Below are positions 37,247 through 46,471 of a stretch of 64,000 nucleotides of DNA, piece by piece (the stretch's first letter is position 1; each line of letters begins with the position of its first letter). Where the stretch lies: NCBI GenBank assembly GCA_965232815.1, contig OZ247427.1:3609602-3673601 (forward strand), read 5' to 3'. Source of the DNA: Dehalococcoidia bacterium (lineage in GTDB: Bacteria > Chloroflexota > Dehalococcoidia > Lucifugimonadales > UBA3495). A model generated the notes under the pieces. That model made no database searches. It saw only the letters and a list, made by a program, of their open reading frames with translations, and was not told the DNA's origin. A program made the position numbers and the translations under genes.

Positions 37247-38083
37247 TCAGGGTCGGTCAATCAAGTTGATGGTGTCCGCCGTCATGGCCACCGACGCGCC
37301 CGGGTCAGCGGGAACGGTTTCAATCTCCGGGTGTCCCAACAACTCCGAAATACACTCGCGGCTCCCTCCGACGTATGTCGAGTCGAGGTCAATGTCGGTG
37401 GCTACGAACCAGGCGCGATCGGCCGGCCACCAGATGTTGGGTGGCTGGGACCGGAAATTGGTGAAAAACTCCGTTATATGCGCCAACCGACCCCGGTAAA
37501 GCAAATAGTCGCGATCCACCCCGCGCACCCTGCGCGCCCGACTGATGTCGCTCGGCATTCCCAACCGGCGACCGCCATCTGCGGTGAGCATGGCCGCGCC
37601 GCCGGAGTACTGACCATAACCGTCCCAAACCCCGAAACAACACTCATCAGGAGTGGAGGTATATCGCGCCAGAAAGCGCGACAACTCCGTCGCCTGCTCT
37701 TCGGCCATGCTCCCGTGTTCCGGGTCATCATCCCACGGTCGTGGGCCGACCCCGTGGCCATCAACCGGGCTGCTGATGCCCTCAAACGACATCACGGCGT
37801 GATAAACCCGTCCGGACCACTCCACGACCGCCGACCACCGTACGGGCTGGTCCGATGCGTCTCGAGCCGGGTGCAGCATGCGTGCGTACCCTTCGTATCC
37901 AACCGGTACCAGCGAACCCACGCATCCAAAATCCGGCGACAGGCTTTGCTCGACCCAACGCCCGGCCGCGGCATCAGTCAGAAATGCGAGATTTGGCGGA
38001 TGTACGCCGTACTCGAATGGATCACGACTGCGGTCGCTCCCAACGGTCAACCGACGCCAAAGTTCCGACAGCCAATGCAACAT
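37247..38083 (-). CDS. Hypothetical protein (278 aa)
   Basis: Non-repetitive ORF with coding-like composition (..PNIWWPADRAWFVATDIDLDSTYVGGSRECISELLGHPEIE..). No family recognised from memory. Confidence 0.55.
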   Translation of the reverse strand: MLHWLSELWRRLTVGSDRSRDPFEYGVHPPNLAFLTDAAAGRWVEQSLSPDFGCVGSLVPVGYEGYARMLHPARDASDQPVRWSAVVEWSGRVYHAVMSFEGISSPVDGHGVGPRPWDDDPEHGSMAEEQATELSRFLARYTSTPDECCFGVWDGYGQYSGGAAMLTADGGRRLGMPSDISRARRVRGVDRDYLLYRGRLAHITEFFTNFRSQPPNIWWPADRAWFVATDIDLDSTYVGGSRECISELLGHPEIETVPADPGASVAMTADTINLIDRP

Positions 38084-38117
38084 GTTCCCGTTCCGAGTGT
38101 CGTGCTATCATCCGACC

Positions 38118-39698
38118 ATGATAGACCTGCTGATCACCAACGGCGACGTAATCGACGGCTCCGGCAGCCCCGCCTTCAAAGCCGCCGTCGCCATCACCGG
38201 CGACACCATATCCATCCATCGCGGCGATGACTCCGACCTCCAACGCGACGCCGGTCGGGTCATTGATGCCACCGGCCACGTGGTCTGCCCCGGTTTCATC
38301 GACCTCCACTCCCACGCCGGCCTTACCATCTTCGGCGAACCGCACCATGACCCCAAGGTGCGCCAGGGCGTAACCACCGAACTAGTCGGCATCGACGGCA
38401 TATCCCACGCGCCTTTCAAGACCCAGGAGGAACTGCACCGTTACATCTGGCTGGACGCCGGGCTCAATGGCTACCCTCCCATGCCCGCCGACTGGCTCAC
38501 CGTTGCCGACCTGCTTGGCAAATACGACAACTCCGTCGCGATCAACATGGCATACATCCTGGGCAATTCCCCCGTCCGCATCTGGAGCGTCGGCTGGGGC
38601 CAACGCCCTGCCACGCCAGCCGAAATCGCCGACATGCAGTCGGTCGTCCGCGAGGCCATGGAGGAGGGAGCGTGGGGCCTCTCCACCGGCCTCGACTACC
38701 CGCCCGGTGCCTACGCCGACACCGACGAACTGGTCGCCCTCTCCGAAACCGCCGCGTCGATGGGCGGCCACTACCACACCCACACCCGCGCCAGCCTGCT
38801 CAGCCAGGGCTACCTCGCGCCGTGGCACGAAGCCGTGGACATCGGCCGCCGCAGCGGCATCCCCGTCCACCTCACCCACTACCGCCAATCGGTCTCCGGT
38901 GTGGGCAGCCACATCGGACACCTCGAACTCGTCGAAAACGCCCGCGCTGAGGGCATCGATTGCACCTTCGACTGCTACACCTATCCCTACTCCGGCACCA
39001 CGCCTACCATCGGCCTGCCCCATTGGGCCAAGGATGGCGGACCCGAGCGTCTCATCGCCGCCCTCCAGGACGCTGACGACCGTGCCCGCATGAAGCGCGA
39101 GATCACCCCCAGTCGCCTGGAAAACAACTGGCTCACCAACTTCACGCGTCCCGAGAACGAAATCTACGACGGCCGTCTCATCACCGACATCGCCGAGATG
39201 CGCGGCCAGGATCCTGCCGACACCCTCTTCGACCTCCTCCTCTCCGAAAACCTCGGCATCAGCACCGTCGGCCTCGGCACCAACGCCCAGACCCTCTACG
39301 CCTTCGTTTCCCACCCCTACGGCATGATCGCCTCCGACGCCATCCTGTTCGGCGAATATCCCAACCCGCGCACCTACGGCTGTTTCCCCATCGTCCTCGC
39401 CGAATTCGTCCGCGCCGAGCAGCACCTCCGCCTTCCCGAGGCCATCCGCAAGATGACCTCCTTCCCTGCCCAGCGCCTTGGCATCCCCGATCGTGGTCTC
39501 CTCCGGGACGGCTTCAAGGCCGACGTCGTTGTCTTCAACCCCGACACGGTCAAAGCCCTCGCCACCAAAGAAAACCCCAAGCAGTATCCAGTCGGCATCG
39601 AGTACGTCATCGTCAACGGCCAGGTGGTGATCGATACGGGCACCAACACCGGCGCCCTCCCCGGCCGAGGCCTCCGCCGAGGCCACACCTCCACATAA
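38118..39698 (+). CDS. D-aminoacylase / N-acyl-D-amino-acid deacylase family amidohydrolase
   Basis: MIDLLITNGDVIDGSGSPAFKAAVAITGDTI...VVCPGFIDLHSHAGL...QGVTTELVGIDG is the typical D-aminoacylase N-terminus. Start at ATG 38118. Confidence 0.85.
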   Translation: MIDLLITNGDVIDGSGSPAFKAAVAITGDTISIHRGDDSDLQRDAGRVIDATGHVVCPGFIDLHSHAGLTIFGEPHHDPKVRQGVTTELVGIDGISHAPFKTQEELHRYIWLDAGLNGYPPMPADWLTVADLLGKYDNSVAINMAYILGNSPVRIWSVGWGQRPATPAEIADMQSVVREAMEEGAWGLSTGLDYPPGAYADTDELVALSETAASMGGHYHTHTRASLLSQGYLAPWHEAVDIGRRSGIPVHLTHYRQSVSGVGSHIGHLELVENARAEGIDCTFDCYTYPYSGTTPTIGLPHWAKDGGPERLIAALQDADDRARMKREITPSRLENNWLTNFTRPENEIYDGRLITDIAEMRGQDPADTLFDLLLSENLGISTVGLGTNAQTLYAFVSHPYGMIASDAILFGEYPNPRTYGCFPIVLAEFVRAEQHLRLPEAIRKMTSFPAQRLGIPDRGLLRDGFKADVVVFNPDTVKALATKENPKQYPVGIEYVIVNGQVVIDTGTNTGALPGRGLRRGHTST

Positions 39699-39744
39699 GC
39701 CGCCAACTCCACCCGTACGCATGCCACGCGCTACGCCGACCGCC

Positions 39745-39768
39745 GTTCCCGCTTCCGCAGGAATCCAG
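39745..39768. repeat. REP-like palindrome (degenerate copy of the gtcattcccgcg..gcgggaatcc family)
   Basis: gttcccgcttccgcaggaatccag. Confidence 0.45.
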
Positions 39769-39820
39769 TGGCTCCACTGCCTTCTCGCCGGACCGTAGCA
39801 CACACCCCTGATTCACCCCC

Positions 39821-40348
39821 ATGTCCGATTCCCTGTCCCCCGACTACCGCTACTGCCCTCGTTGCGCCGACCCATTGGCCCCCACCATACGCGGCGGTCT
39901 CCCCAGGCCAACCTGCGCGTCCTGCGGATTCGTCCATTTCCGCAATCCGGCCGTGGGCGTCGCCGTCGTCCTCCTCGATGACGACGGCCGCATCCTGATG
40001 GGTCGACGCTCGGCCGGCGGCAACGTAGGCGAGTGGTGCATCCCCTGCGGCTACGTCGAATGGGGCGAGGATATCCGCGACGCCGCCCGTCGTGAGTTCG
40101 CCGAGGAAACCGGCATCGATGTCGAAGTCGGCGAAGTCTGCGCCGTACACTCCAACTTCCACAACACATCATCTCTCACCGTCGGCGTGTGGTTCTACGC
40201 AAAACTATTGGCCGGCCAACCCAACGCCTCCGACGACCTCGACCAGGTCGACTGGTTCCCTCCCTCCGACCCGCCGGAACCTCTTGCCTTCCCCACCGAC
40301 CGCCTCGTCCTCGCCCAACTGGCTTCTGATCAGCGCGACATCGCATGA
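39821..40348 (+). CDS. NUDIX hydrolase with N-terminal zinc ribbon (NudC-like architecture)
   Basis: CPRC..(x17)..CASCG zinc ribbon, then the Nudix box GEWCIPCGYVEWGEDIRDAARREFAEETGI. Length 175 aa. Confidence 0.85.
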   Translation: MSDSLSPDYRYCPRCADPLAPTIRGGLPRPTCASCGFVHFRNPAVGVAVVLLDDDGRILMGRRSAGGNVGEWCIPCGYVEWGEDIRDAARREFAEETGIDVEVGEVCAVHSNFHNTSSLTVGVWFYAKLLAGQPNASDDLDQVDWFPPSDPPEPLAFPTDRLVLAQLASDQRDIA

Positions 40349-41121
40349 CCAAACAAGCCGTCATCATCCAGCACATCGCCGTCGAAACCCTCGGCGGCAA
40401 TTTCAGTCGCACCCTGTACGACGCCGGATTCTCACTGACGACCATCCCCCTTTTTGACGGCGCACCGGATTTTCCGTCATTCGACGCCCCCGCCCTCTCG
40501 GAAGTTGACCTGATCATCGCCCTCGGCGGCCCCATGTCCGCCAACGACAACTACCCGGCGCTGATCCAGGAAATGGCCTATCTGCGATCTGCCGCCACCG
40601 GCGATGTGGGCAATGCGCCCCCAACCCCGGTGATCGGTATCTGCCTTGGAGCCCAACTGCTCTCCCGCGCCCTTGGCGGCGCAGTCGCCCCCACCGGCGG
40701 CTACCAGTTCGGCCTCCGCAAAATCGACATCACCGCCGACGGCGCAGCCGACCCGGTATTCGGCGAGATCAAGATCCCATTGGTTCCCACCCTCCACGGC
40801 GAGCAGTTCACCGTGCCGCCCGGCGCCTCGAAGCTCGCTGAGGCAACCATGCTCCGACGCGACGGCGGTTACGTCCGCTTCCCCATGGCCTTCCGCCACG
40901 GTTCGTCCTACGGGTTCCAGTTCGAACCCCAACTCACCCTGGACGAACTCCGCACCTGGAACCGCGAACTTGCCGGCGACTACGCGCTAATGGGCGACCG
41001 ATTCGACCCCGCCGAGGAAGCAGCCCGTAACCTCCGGGAGTTCGAGTCCTTCGCTCCCCACCACGAAGCCCAGATGGGCAAATTGCTGACAGCGCTCCTG
41101 AGCCAGGCCGGCCTGTCCTAG
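40345..41121 (+). CDS. Class I glutamine amidotransferase-like protein (atypical triad)
   Basis: Nucleophile elbow VIGICLGAQLL is present, but the usual QFHPE motif reads FQFEPQ, so the catalytic His/Glu are not conserved. Start overlaps the NUDIX stop (ATGA). Confidence 0.75.
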   Translation: MTKQAVIIQHIAVETLGGNFSRTLYDAGFSLTTIPLFDGAPDFPSFDAPALSEVDLIIALGGPMSANDNYPALIQEMAYLRSAATGDVGNAPPTPVIGICLGAQLLSRALGGAVAPTGGYQFGLRKIDITADGAADPVFGEIKIPLVPTLHGEQFTVPPGASKLAEATMLRRDGGYVRFPMAFRHGSSYGFQFEPQLTLDELRTWNRELAGDYALMGDRFDPAEEAARNLREFESFAPHHEAQMGKLLTALLSQAGLS

Positions 41122-41146
41122 CTCGACATTTTGCTAAACTCCTTCT

Positions 41147-42169
41147 ATGGAGCACCTCTTCTACTCCGGCGACAATCTGGACGGCCTGCGCCTGCTGGCC
41201 GAGATGAACATCGCCATCGATTTGGTGTACATCGACCCCCCTTTCGCCACCAACAACGAATTCCTGATCGACGACGACCGCGCCAACACCATTAGCGCCT
41301 CCGGACGTCCGGCCTACTCCGACCGCCTCCGAGGTTCTGAATACCTCGACGCCTTGGCTGCGCGCCTGACCGCCATCCGCCATGTCATGTCCCGCACCGC
41401 ATCCATCTACGTCCATATCGACGTCAAGATGGAACACCACGTCCGCCTCATCATGGACGGCGTGTTCGGCCCCGAGAACTTCCGCAACGCTATCACCCGC
41501 ATCAAGTGCAACCCCAAAAACTTCGAACGCTACGGTTACGGCAACTTCAAGGACACCATCCTGTTCTACTCGAAAACACCGGGCCCCATAACGTGGCATC
41601 CCCAGCGAGAACCGCTGACCGATGACGAGGTGGCTCGGCTGTACCCATTCACGGACGATAACGGTCGCCGCTACACCACTAACCCTCTGCATGCTCCGGG
41701 AGTCACCGAAAACGGCCCCACCGGCCAGCCGTGGCGCGGAATGCCTCCGCCGGCCGGGCGTCACTGGCGCTACCCGCCGCACAAACTGGACGAACTGGAT
41801 GCCGCCGGCCTTGTCGCATGGAGCAAGACCGGAAACCCTCGCAAAATCCGCTACGCATCCGAAGCCGCCGGCAAACTCCCCCAGGATGTCTGGCTCTACA
41901 AGGACCCCCAGCGCCCGAGGTACCCGACCCAGAAGAACGCCCGCATGCTCGAGCGCATCATCCGCACATCCTCAAACGCCGGCGACACGGTCCTCGACTG
42001 CTACGCCGGCAGCGGCACAACCCTCCTGCAAGCCGCCCGTTTCAACCGCCGCTTCATCGGCATGGACGATTCTCCGGCGGCTCAACGAATTTTCTGCGCT
42101 CGTGCCAACGGATTGGATGTGCATCCCCTGGACCAGGTTATCCAGTTTGACACCCCGCATACCGGATAG
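41147..42169 (+). CDS. Site-specific DNA methyltransferase (beta-class N6-adenine/N4-cytosine type)
   Basis: Motif IV DLVYIDPPFATN lies near the N-terminus and the AdoMet motif I VLDCYAGSGTTL near the C-terminus. This IV-before-I order defines beta-class amino-MTases. Length 340 aa. Confidence 0.85.
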   Translation: MEHLFYSGDNLDGLRLLAEMNIAIDLVYIDPPFATNNEFLIDDDRANTISASGRPAYSDRLRGSEYLDALAARLTAIRHVMSRTASIYVHIDVKMEHHVRLIMDGVFGPENFRNAITRIKCNPKNFERYGYGNFKDTILFYSKTPGPITWHPQREPLTDDEVARLYPFTDDNGRRYTTNPLHAPGVTENGPTGQPWRGMPPPAGRHWRYPPHKLDELDAAGLVAWSKTGNPRKIRYASEAAGKLPQDVWLYKDPQRPRYPTQKNARMLERIIRTSSNAGDTVLDCYAGSGTTLLQAARFNRRFIGMDDSPAAQRIFCARANGLDVHPLDQVIQFDTPHTG

Positions 42170-42260
42170 TAACCTGCGAATCGTTCGCCTGCGGGCGACT
42201 GACTTTCAGCACTGAAACTATCTATAGACCCACCACTCTACTGCAATCGGAGGATTCAAT

Positions 42261-43007
42261 ATGCCACAGCAAGGAATGACGGCCGAACACATCTGGGTCG
42301 AAGGCCATAACGGCGACCGTATCAATGCGTACCTGGCGCGGCCCATGGGCCCGGGCCCCTTCCCGGCGGTCCATCTGTTCCACCACATGCCCGGTTGGGA
42401 CGAGGCCAGCAAGGAAATGGCACGCAAGTTCGCGCACAACGGCTTCATCGCCATCATGCCCAACCTGCACTACCGCCAGGGCCACGACGACCCCGTAGCC
42501 AACAGCAACAGCATCCGCGAGGCCGGCGGCATGCCCGACGCTCGCACCCTAGGCGACGCCGCCGGCGCAATCAGCTACCTGCAGCACCTGTCCAACTATA
42601 ACGGCAAGGTCGGAATCATCGGCTTCTGCTCCGGCGGACGCCAGGTCTTCCTGGCCGCTTGCAAGCTGTCCGGCATCAACGCTGCCGTTGACTGCTGGGG
42701 CGGCGGAGTAACCCCGCGCGACAGCGAGCCTCCCACCGAGGCCATGCCTCACGCTCCCATCGAGTTCGTTTCCGATCTTTCGTGTCCGATGCTGGGAATC
42801 TTCGGCGCTGACGACGCACGACCCACCGTCGAAGAGGTTGCGGCCACCGACGCCGCCATCAAGGCCGCTGGCAAGTCCTGGGAATACGAGATCTATCCCA
42901 ACGCCGGCCACGGCTTCGTCGCAGTCGACCGGCCCAGCTACGCCGTCGAGGCGTCAAACGCAGCTTGGCCGCGCATCTTCGATTTCTACCGCCAGCACCT
43001 GTCGTAG
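42261..43007 (+). CDS. Dienelactone hydrolase family protein
   Basis: VHLFHHMPGWDE...VGIIGFCSGGRQVFL...YPNAGHGF is the DLH Cys-His-Asp pattern. Length 248 aa. Confidence 0.85.
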   Translation: MPQQGMTAEHIWVEGHNGDRINAYLARPMGPGPFPAVHLFHHMPGWDEASKEMARKFAHNGFIAIMPNLHYRQGHDDPVANSNSIREAGGMPDARTLGDAAGAISYLQHLSNYNGKVGIIGFCSGGRQVFLAACKLSGINAAVDCWGGGVTPRDSEPPTEAMPHAPIEFVSDLSCPMLGIFGADDARPTVEEVAATDAAIKAAGKSWEYEIYPNAGHGFVAVDRPSYAVEASNAAWPRIFDFYRQHLS

Positions 43008-43032
43008 AAACGCCGGCAACTCCCAAATTCGT

Positions 43033-43066
43033 AGGGGCGGGTTTGAAACCCGCCCCTCTTTCTTCT
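43033..43066 (+). terminator. Perfect 11-bp hairpin + T-rich tract after the DLH gene (REP-type 'aggggcgggtt-tga-aacccgcccct')
   Basis: aggggcgggtt tga aacccgcccct followed by ctttcttct. It sits between convergent genes. Confidence 0.65.
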
Positions 43067-43086
43067 CTCCGTTGTCTTCGGTTTCC

Positions 43087-43608
43087 CTAGTTATCCGTCG
43101 CCTCAAACGCCAGCGTCGCGAACCGCATGAAGATCCCGCCCCTCGGCGCAGCCAGCGGCCCGTTTAGGCACAGGCACGCGATCACATACTGCGAACCCGG
43201 CTCCCCGACCTCGGCAATCTCTACCCGGTGCGGCGTGTTCAGACCCACGATACTTCCGGCCGCTCGGTCAATCTCTCCGTTCACCCACACCTCGCCGTAG
43301 TTGTCGAAGTTCGTCTCGAACCACACCCGGTAACCGGATACGTCCACACCGTCGATGGACCCCGGCAGGGTGACGGCTATCCGATACCACGCGAACGTGA
43401 ACCCCTCAGACAGGCTTTGCCGCACGTTGTCGCATTCGTCCCACCCCGAGTCGTCGAAGTCCGCCAGGCGCGGCGCCGCCGCCAGCAAGCGCGCGCTCAA
43501 CCCCTCGTTCGGCTCTCCGGGCACTAAACCCGGCGCGACCCGCCACGGCTGTCCTCCCACCGCCGCGCGACCCTCCGGCGTGTTCAAATCAACTGCAAAT
43601 CTTGGCAT
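43087..43608 (-). CDS. Hypothetical protein (173 aa), possibly with a galactose-binding-domain-like fold
   Basis: WDECDNVRQSLSEGFTFAWYRIAVTLP...GYRVWFETNFDNYGEVWVNG resembles the sugar-binding jelly-roll of GH2-type enzymes. Weak, motif-level only. Confidence 0.55.
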   Translation of the reverse strand: MPRFAVDLNTPEGRAAVGGQPWRVAPGLVPGEPNEGLSARLLAAAPRLADFDDSGWDECDNVRQSLSEGFTFAWYRIAVTLPGSIDGVDVSGYRVWFETNFDNYGEVWVNGEIDRAAGSIVGLNTPHRVEIAEVGEPGSQYVIACLCLNGPLAAPRGGIFMRFATLAFEATDN

Positions 43609-43643
43609 GATTCATCCTCCTGTCTTGCGGTGTCAAACAATTC

Positions 43644-43669
43644 GTAGGGGCGAATAATCATTCGCCCCC
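43644..43669. repeat. REP-like palindrome gtaggggcgaataatcattcgccccc
   Basis: 9-bp stem ggggcgaat/attcgcccc. Lies just downstream of the amidohydrolase pseudogene. Confidence 0.65.
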
Positions 43670-43695
43670 GTGCTGTTCTTCAACAATCGTCCCGC

Positions 43696-44506
43696 TTATC
43701 TGAACTCCCACAGTTTGGCTGCTGTCCCCCCAAACACCATGTCCCTGGACTCCGTGCTCGGATAATCGATCAGCTCCATCGGAAACCGCAACGCGTTGCG
43801 GTAACCCTCGCGATTCGCCGATGGCGGGAAGTCGCTGCCCCACATCAGTCGGTCTCCTCCGAACGCCTACACCGCCATCTCGATCAGCGGCGGCACGTTT
43901 TCGAACGGGATCGGCTGTCGGAACGGCATCGGCCTCGGGCAGAACTCGGCCAATCCGGGAACCTTGACGTACACGTTGGAATACTTGGACAGCGCCAACG
44001 CCCGCTGGTACGCCTCCATCGGAATCTCTGCGTCCGCACGCCCGGGTCCCCAGAACGCCCCCACTCCGGCTAGGTGCTCCATGATAACGTTCAGATTCGG
44101 AAACTCCTGGATGATCGCCTTCAAATTCAGGGTCCGCGTACTGCTCACACGTTCCCATGACGCTGGCCGTCACACCTAGTTCGGCGCACTTGCGCCACAG
44201 CGCCAGCGGATCATCGCCCGGAGATCTGAACCCGCAGTTGAACCGCAATCCATCAACCCCCTGATCGTGCAACTCAACCACCCGATCAGTCGCGTCCGGC
44301 TGCGTATGGTCCACGATGGCGATCACCGCAAACCGCCCGGGAAAACGCTTGACCGCCTCCACCAGGTAGCTGTTGTCGAACACCCCGAAGAACTGCGTCA
44401 GTACCGCCTGGTCAACACCGGCGCGCTCCATTTCGTTGAGCAGAATCTCCACCGGCTCGAACCAGTACTGCGACGCATGGCAATGTGTATCAATCACTGG
44501 TGGCAT
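43696..44506 (-). pseudogene. Amidohydrolase-2 family gene disrupted by one frameshift and one in-frame TAG
   Basis: Three collinear pieces: MPPVIDTHCHASQYW...TCEQYADPEF in the 44506 frame; KAIIQEFPNLNVIMEHLAG...PPLIEMAV in the frame of ORF 43867-44148; then, after TAG at 43867-43869 and in the same frame, AFGGDRLMWGSDFPPSANREGYRNALRF...KLWEFR*. The frameshift lies within about 44119-44131 (cctgaatttgaagg). Confidence 0.75.
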
Positions 44507-44540
44507 ATTTCCAATTCCTTGCGCGGAGTCGTCTGACCGG

Positions 44541-44566
44541 GTAGGGGCGAATGATCACTCACCCCC
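44541..44566. repeat. REP-like palindrome (degenerate) gtaggggcgaatgatcactcaccccc
   Basis: Same orientation and family as 43644-43669. Lies just upstream of the pseudogene. Confidence 0.55.
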
Positions 44567-44584
44567 GATGACTGTCGACCAGCG

Positions 44585-45340
44585 TTACGCGGCGGTCGTC
44601 CCGCCGTCGATCACCACTTCTGACCCCGTTACAAACGACGACTCATCGGACGCCAGGTATATCGCCCCGTACGCGATCTCGCTCGGCTTCCCGACGCGCC
44701 CCAACGGCAGCCGCTGCATTCGTAGCGCCATATTGGCTGGATCGTTCAGCGTATCCGCGATCATGTCCGTCTCGATCGGACCGGGGTGAATCGAGTTGCA
44801 GCGAATCCCTTCCCTCGCGTGCTGGATGGCAGTGGACTTGGTGAACAGCCGCACCGCCCCCTTGGTCGCCGTGTAGCTCGCCGATCCGTTCGGACTCCCC
44901 ACCAGTCCCGCCGTTGACGAGATGTTTATGATCGAACCGCCGCCATTCTCACGCATCGCTGGAATGGCCGCTTTCGTTCCCAGGAACACCCCTTTGGCGT
45001 TGATCGAGAAGATGCGGTCCCAATCCTCTTCCGTCGTTTCCTCAATGTTCTTGCGAATCAGGATTCCAGCGTTGTTCAGCAGGATATCCAGCTTGCCGTA
45101 GGTGCTGATCGCAGCCTGCACGGCCGCGTCCCAGTCCGATTCGCTCGTCACATCCAGATGAATGTAGGTGACGTTGTACCCCAACTCCTGTAACTCGGCT
45201 TCCGTCTGCCGCCCTTGGTCGTCCAGAATGTCGCCGATAACGACGCTGGCTCCCTCTTCCGCAAACATCCGGGCTTCCACCGCGCCTTGCCCTCGCGCGC
45301 CGCCGCTGATCAGGGCAACCTTGCCTTCCAGTCTGGCCAT
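44585..45340 (-). CDS. SDR family oxidoreductase (FabG / glucose 1-dehydrogenase-like)
   Basis: LEGKVALISGGARGQGAVEA, NNAG and SYTATKGAV (YxxxK). Length 251 aa. Confidence 0.9.
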   Translation of the reverse strand: MARLEGKVALISGGARGQGAVEARMFAEEGASVVIGDILDDQGRQTEAELQELGYNVTYIHLDVTSESDWDAAVQAAISTYGKLDILLNNAGILIRKNIEETTEEDWDRIFSINAKGVFLGTKAAIPAMRENGGGSIINISSTAGLVGSPNGSASYTATKGAVRLFTKSTAIQHAREGIRCNSIHPGPIETDMIADTLNDPANMALRMQRLPLGRVGKPSEIAYGAIYLASDESSFVTGSEVVIDGGTTAA

Positions 45341-45511
45341 GTTTTACCTCCGAGCGGCGCCCGAATCCAATCCCGGCGCCGGGTTGCGCTCACTTTATAA
45401 GGATTGACAATAAGGCGCAACCGAACGTCGGCTCTTCAAATCCAGCGCTGTCATATAATCAAAACCGATTCATAGGTTCGCCAGCGATTGCGTTTTTTAG
45501 GAGATAACATC

Positions 45512-46360
45512 ATGGCAATATTGGGCAGGATCGGTACCGCAGTCCGCGACGCCCTGACCGGCACGGTCGAAGGCACCGGCCGCGTGGGCAACATCGCAAT
45601 TGACACCGTTAGGGACACCACCGCCAACACCCTCAGGAGCGCGCGATCCGTCGGCGGCGAGCTCGGCGCGTTGGCCCAGGACGCAGTTGTGGGCACGTTG
45701 CACGCCGCGGGCAATATCAGTGGGGCAGCCGGCAGCGTGGTTCGGGATTCCGTCATCGGCGTCGTCGAAGGCGTTGGTATGGTCGGTACCGCTACCACCA
45801 CCATGCTGCACGACGTTGTGGTCGGAGCCATTCGCGGCTCCAGCGATGCCGGCGCCGAACTCGGCTCGGCCACCCAGCAGGCGGTTGAGGGAGCGCTGCG
45901 CGGCGGCGCATCCGTCGGCTTGGCCGCAGAGGAATCTGTCGTCCAGGTAACCCGCGGCACCATCGACGGCACCCGCGAAATCGGCGGCGCTCTCTCCGAT
46001 GCGGCTCGCGCCACCGTGGCCGGCGTGGTCACCGCCGTGGCGGGTACAGCCGGCGACGTCACTGCCGCCACCACCGCTACCACGCGCCAGTTGGTCAGCA
46101 GCGCGGCCCAGACCGGTGAGGACGTGGCCCAGGTCGCAGTGTCCGCCGTCAACGGCGCAATCGACGCCGCCCGCACCACCGGCGAGAACGTGGAGCAAAC
46201 CGCAGCCGCAGCCGCCAGGGGAGCCGTCGACGCCGCCTACGATGTCAGCGATGCCGCCGGCGACGCAGTGCGAAACGCCGTTACCGGAACCATCAACGGC
46301 GTGCGCGTCACGGTCGACTCCGCTTACGGACAAACCAACAACCAGAGCGACCGCTCGTAA
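45512..46360 (+). CDS. Repetitive Ala/Gly/Val/Thr-rich protein of unknown function
   Basis: 282 aa built from degenerate ~11/22-residue repeats (..VRDALTGTVEGTGRVGNIAIDTVRDTTANTLRSARSVGGELGALAQDAVVGTL..). Strong RBS AGGAGA 7 nt before ATG 45512 and a clean terminator downstream. Confidence 0.6.
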   Translation: MAILGRIGTAVRDALTGTVEGTGRVGNIAIDTVRDTTANTLRSARSVGGELGALAQDAVVGTLHAAGNISGAAGSVVRDSVIGVVEGVGMVGTATTTMLHDVVVGAIRGSSDAGAELGSATQQAVEGALRGGASVGLAAEESVVQVTRGTIDGTREIGGALSDAARATVAGVVTAVAGTAGDVTAATTATTRQLVSSAAQTGEDVAQVAVSAVNGAIDAARTTGENVEQTAAAAARGAVDAAYDVSDAAGDAVRNAVTGTINGVRVTVDSAYGQTNNQSDRS

Positions 46361-46387
46361 TCTCAGAATCTACCCTTCAATCGCAGG

Positions 46388-46419
46388 ACGCCGGCTCTCG
46401 GGCCGGCGTTCATTTTTTT
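46388..46419 (+). terminator. Rho-independent terminator
   Basis: acgccggc-tctcgg-gccggcgt followed by tcattttttt. Confidence 0.7.
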
Positions 46420-46471
46420 AAGATCACGCGCTGATTCCATTGAGTGCCGGTGCCCATCGAGTGGCTGCGCC

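Noticed and set aside
43867-43869. The in-frame TAG in the amidohydrolase as pyrrolysine or programmed read-through.
   Set aside because: The same gene also carries a frameshift. No pyl genes or PYLIS-like context are visible. The position corresponds to an ordinary residue in the ..IEMAVxAFGGDRLMWGSDFP.. block. Simple gene decay explains it.
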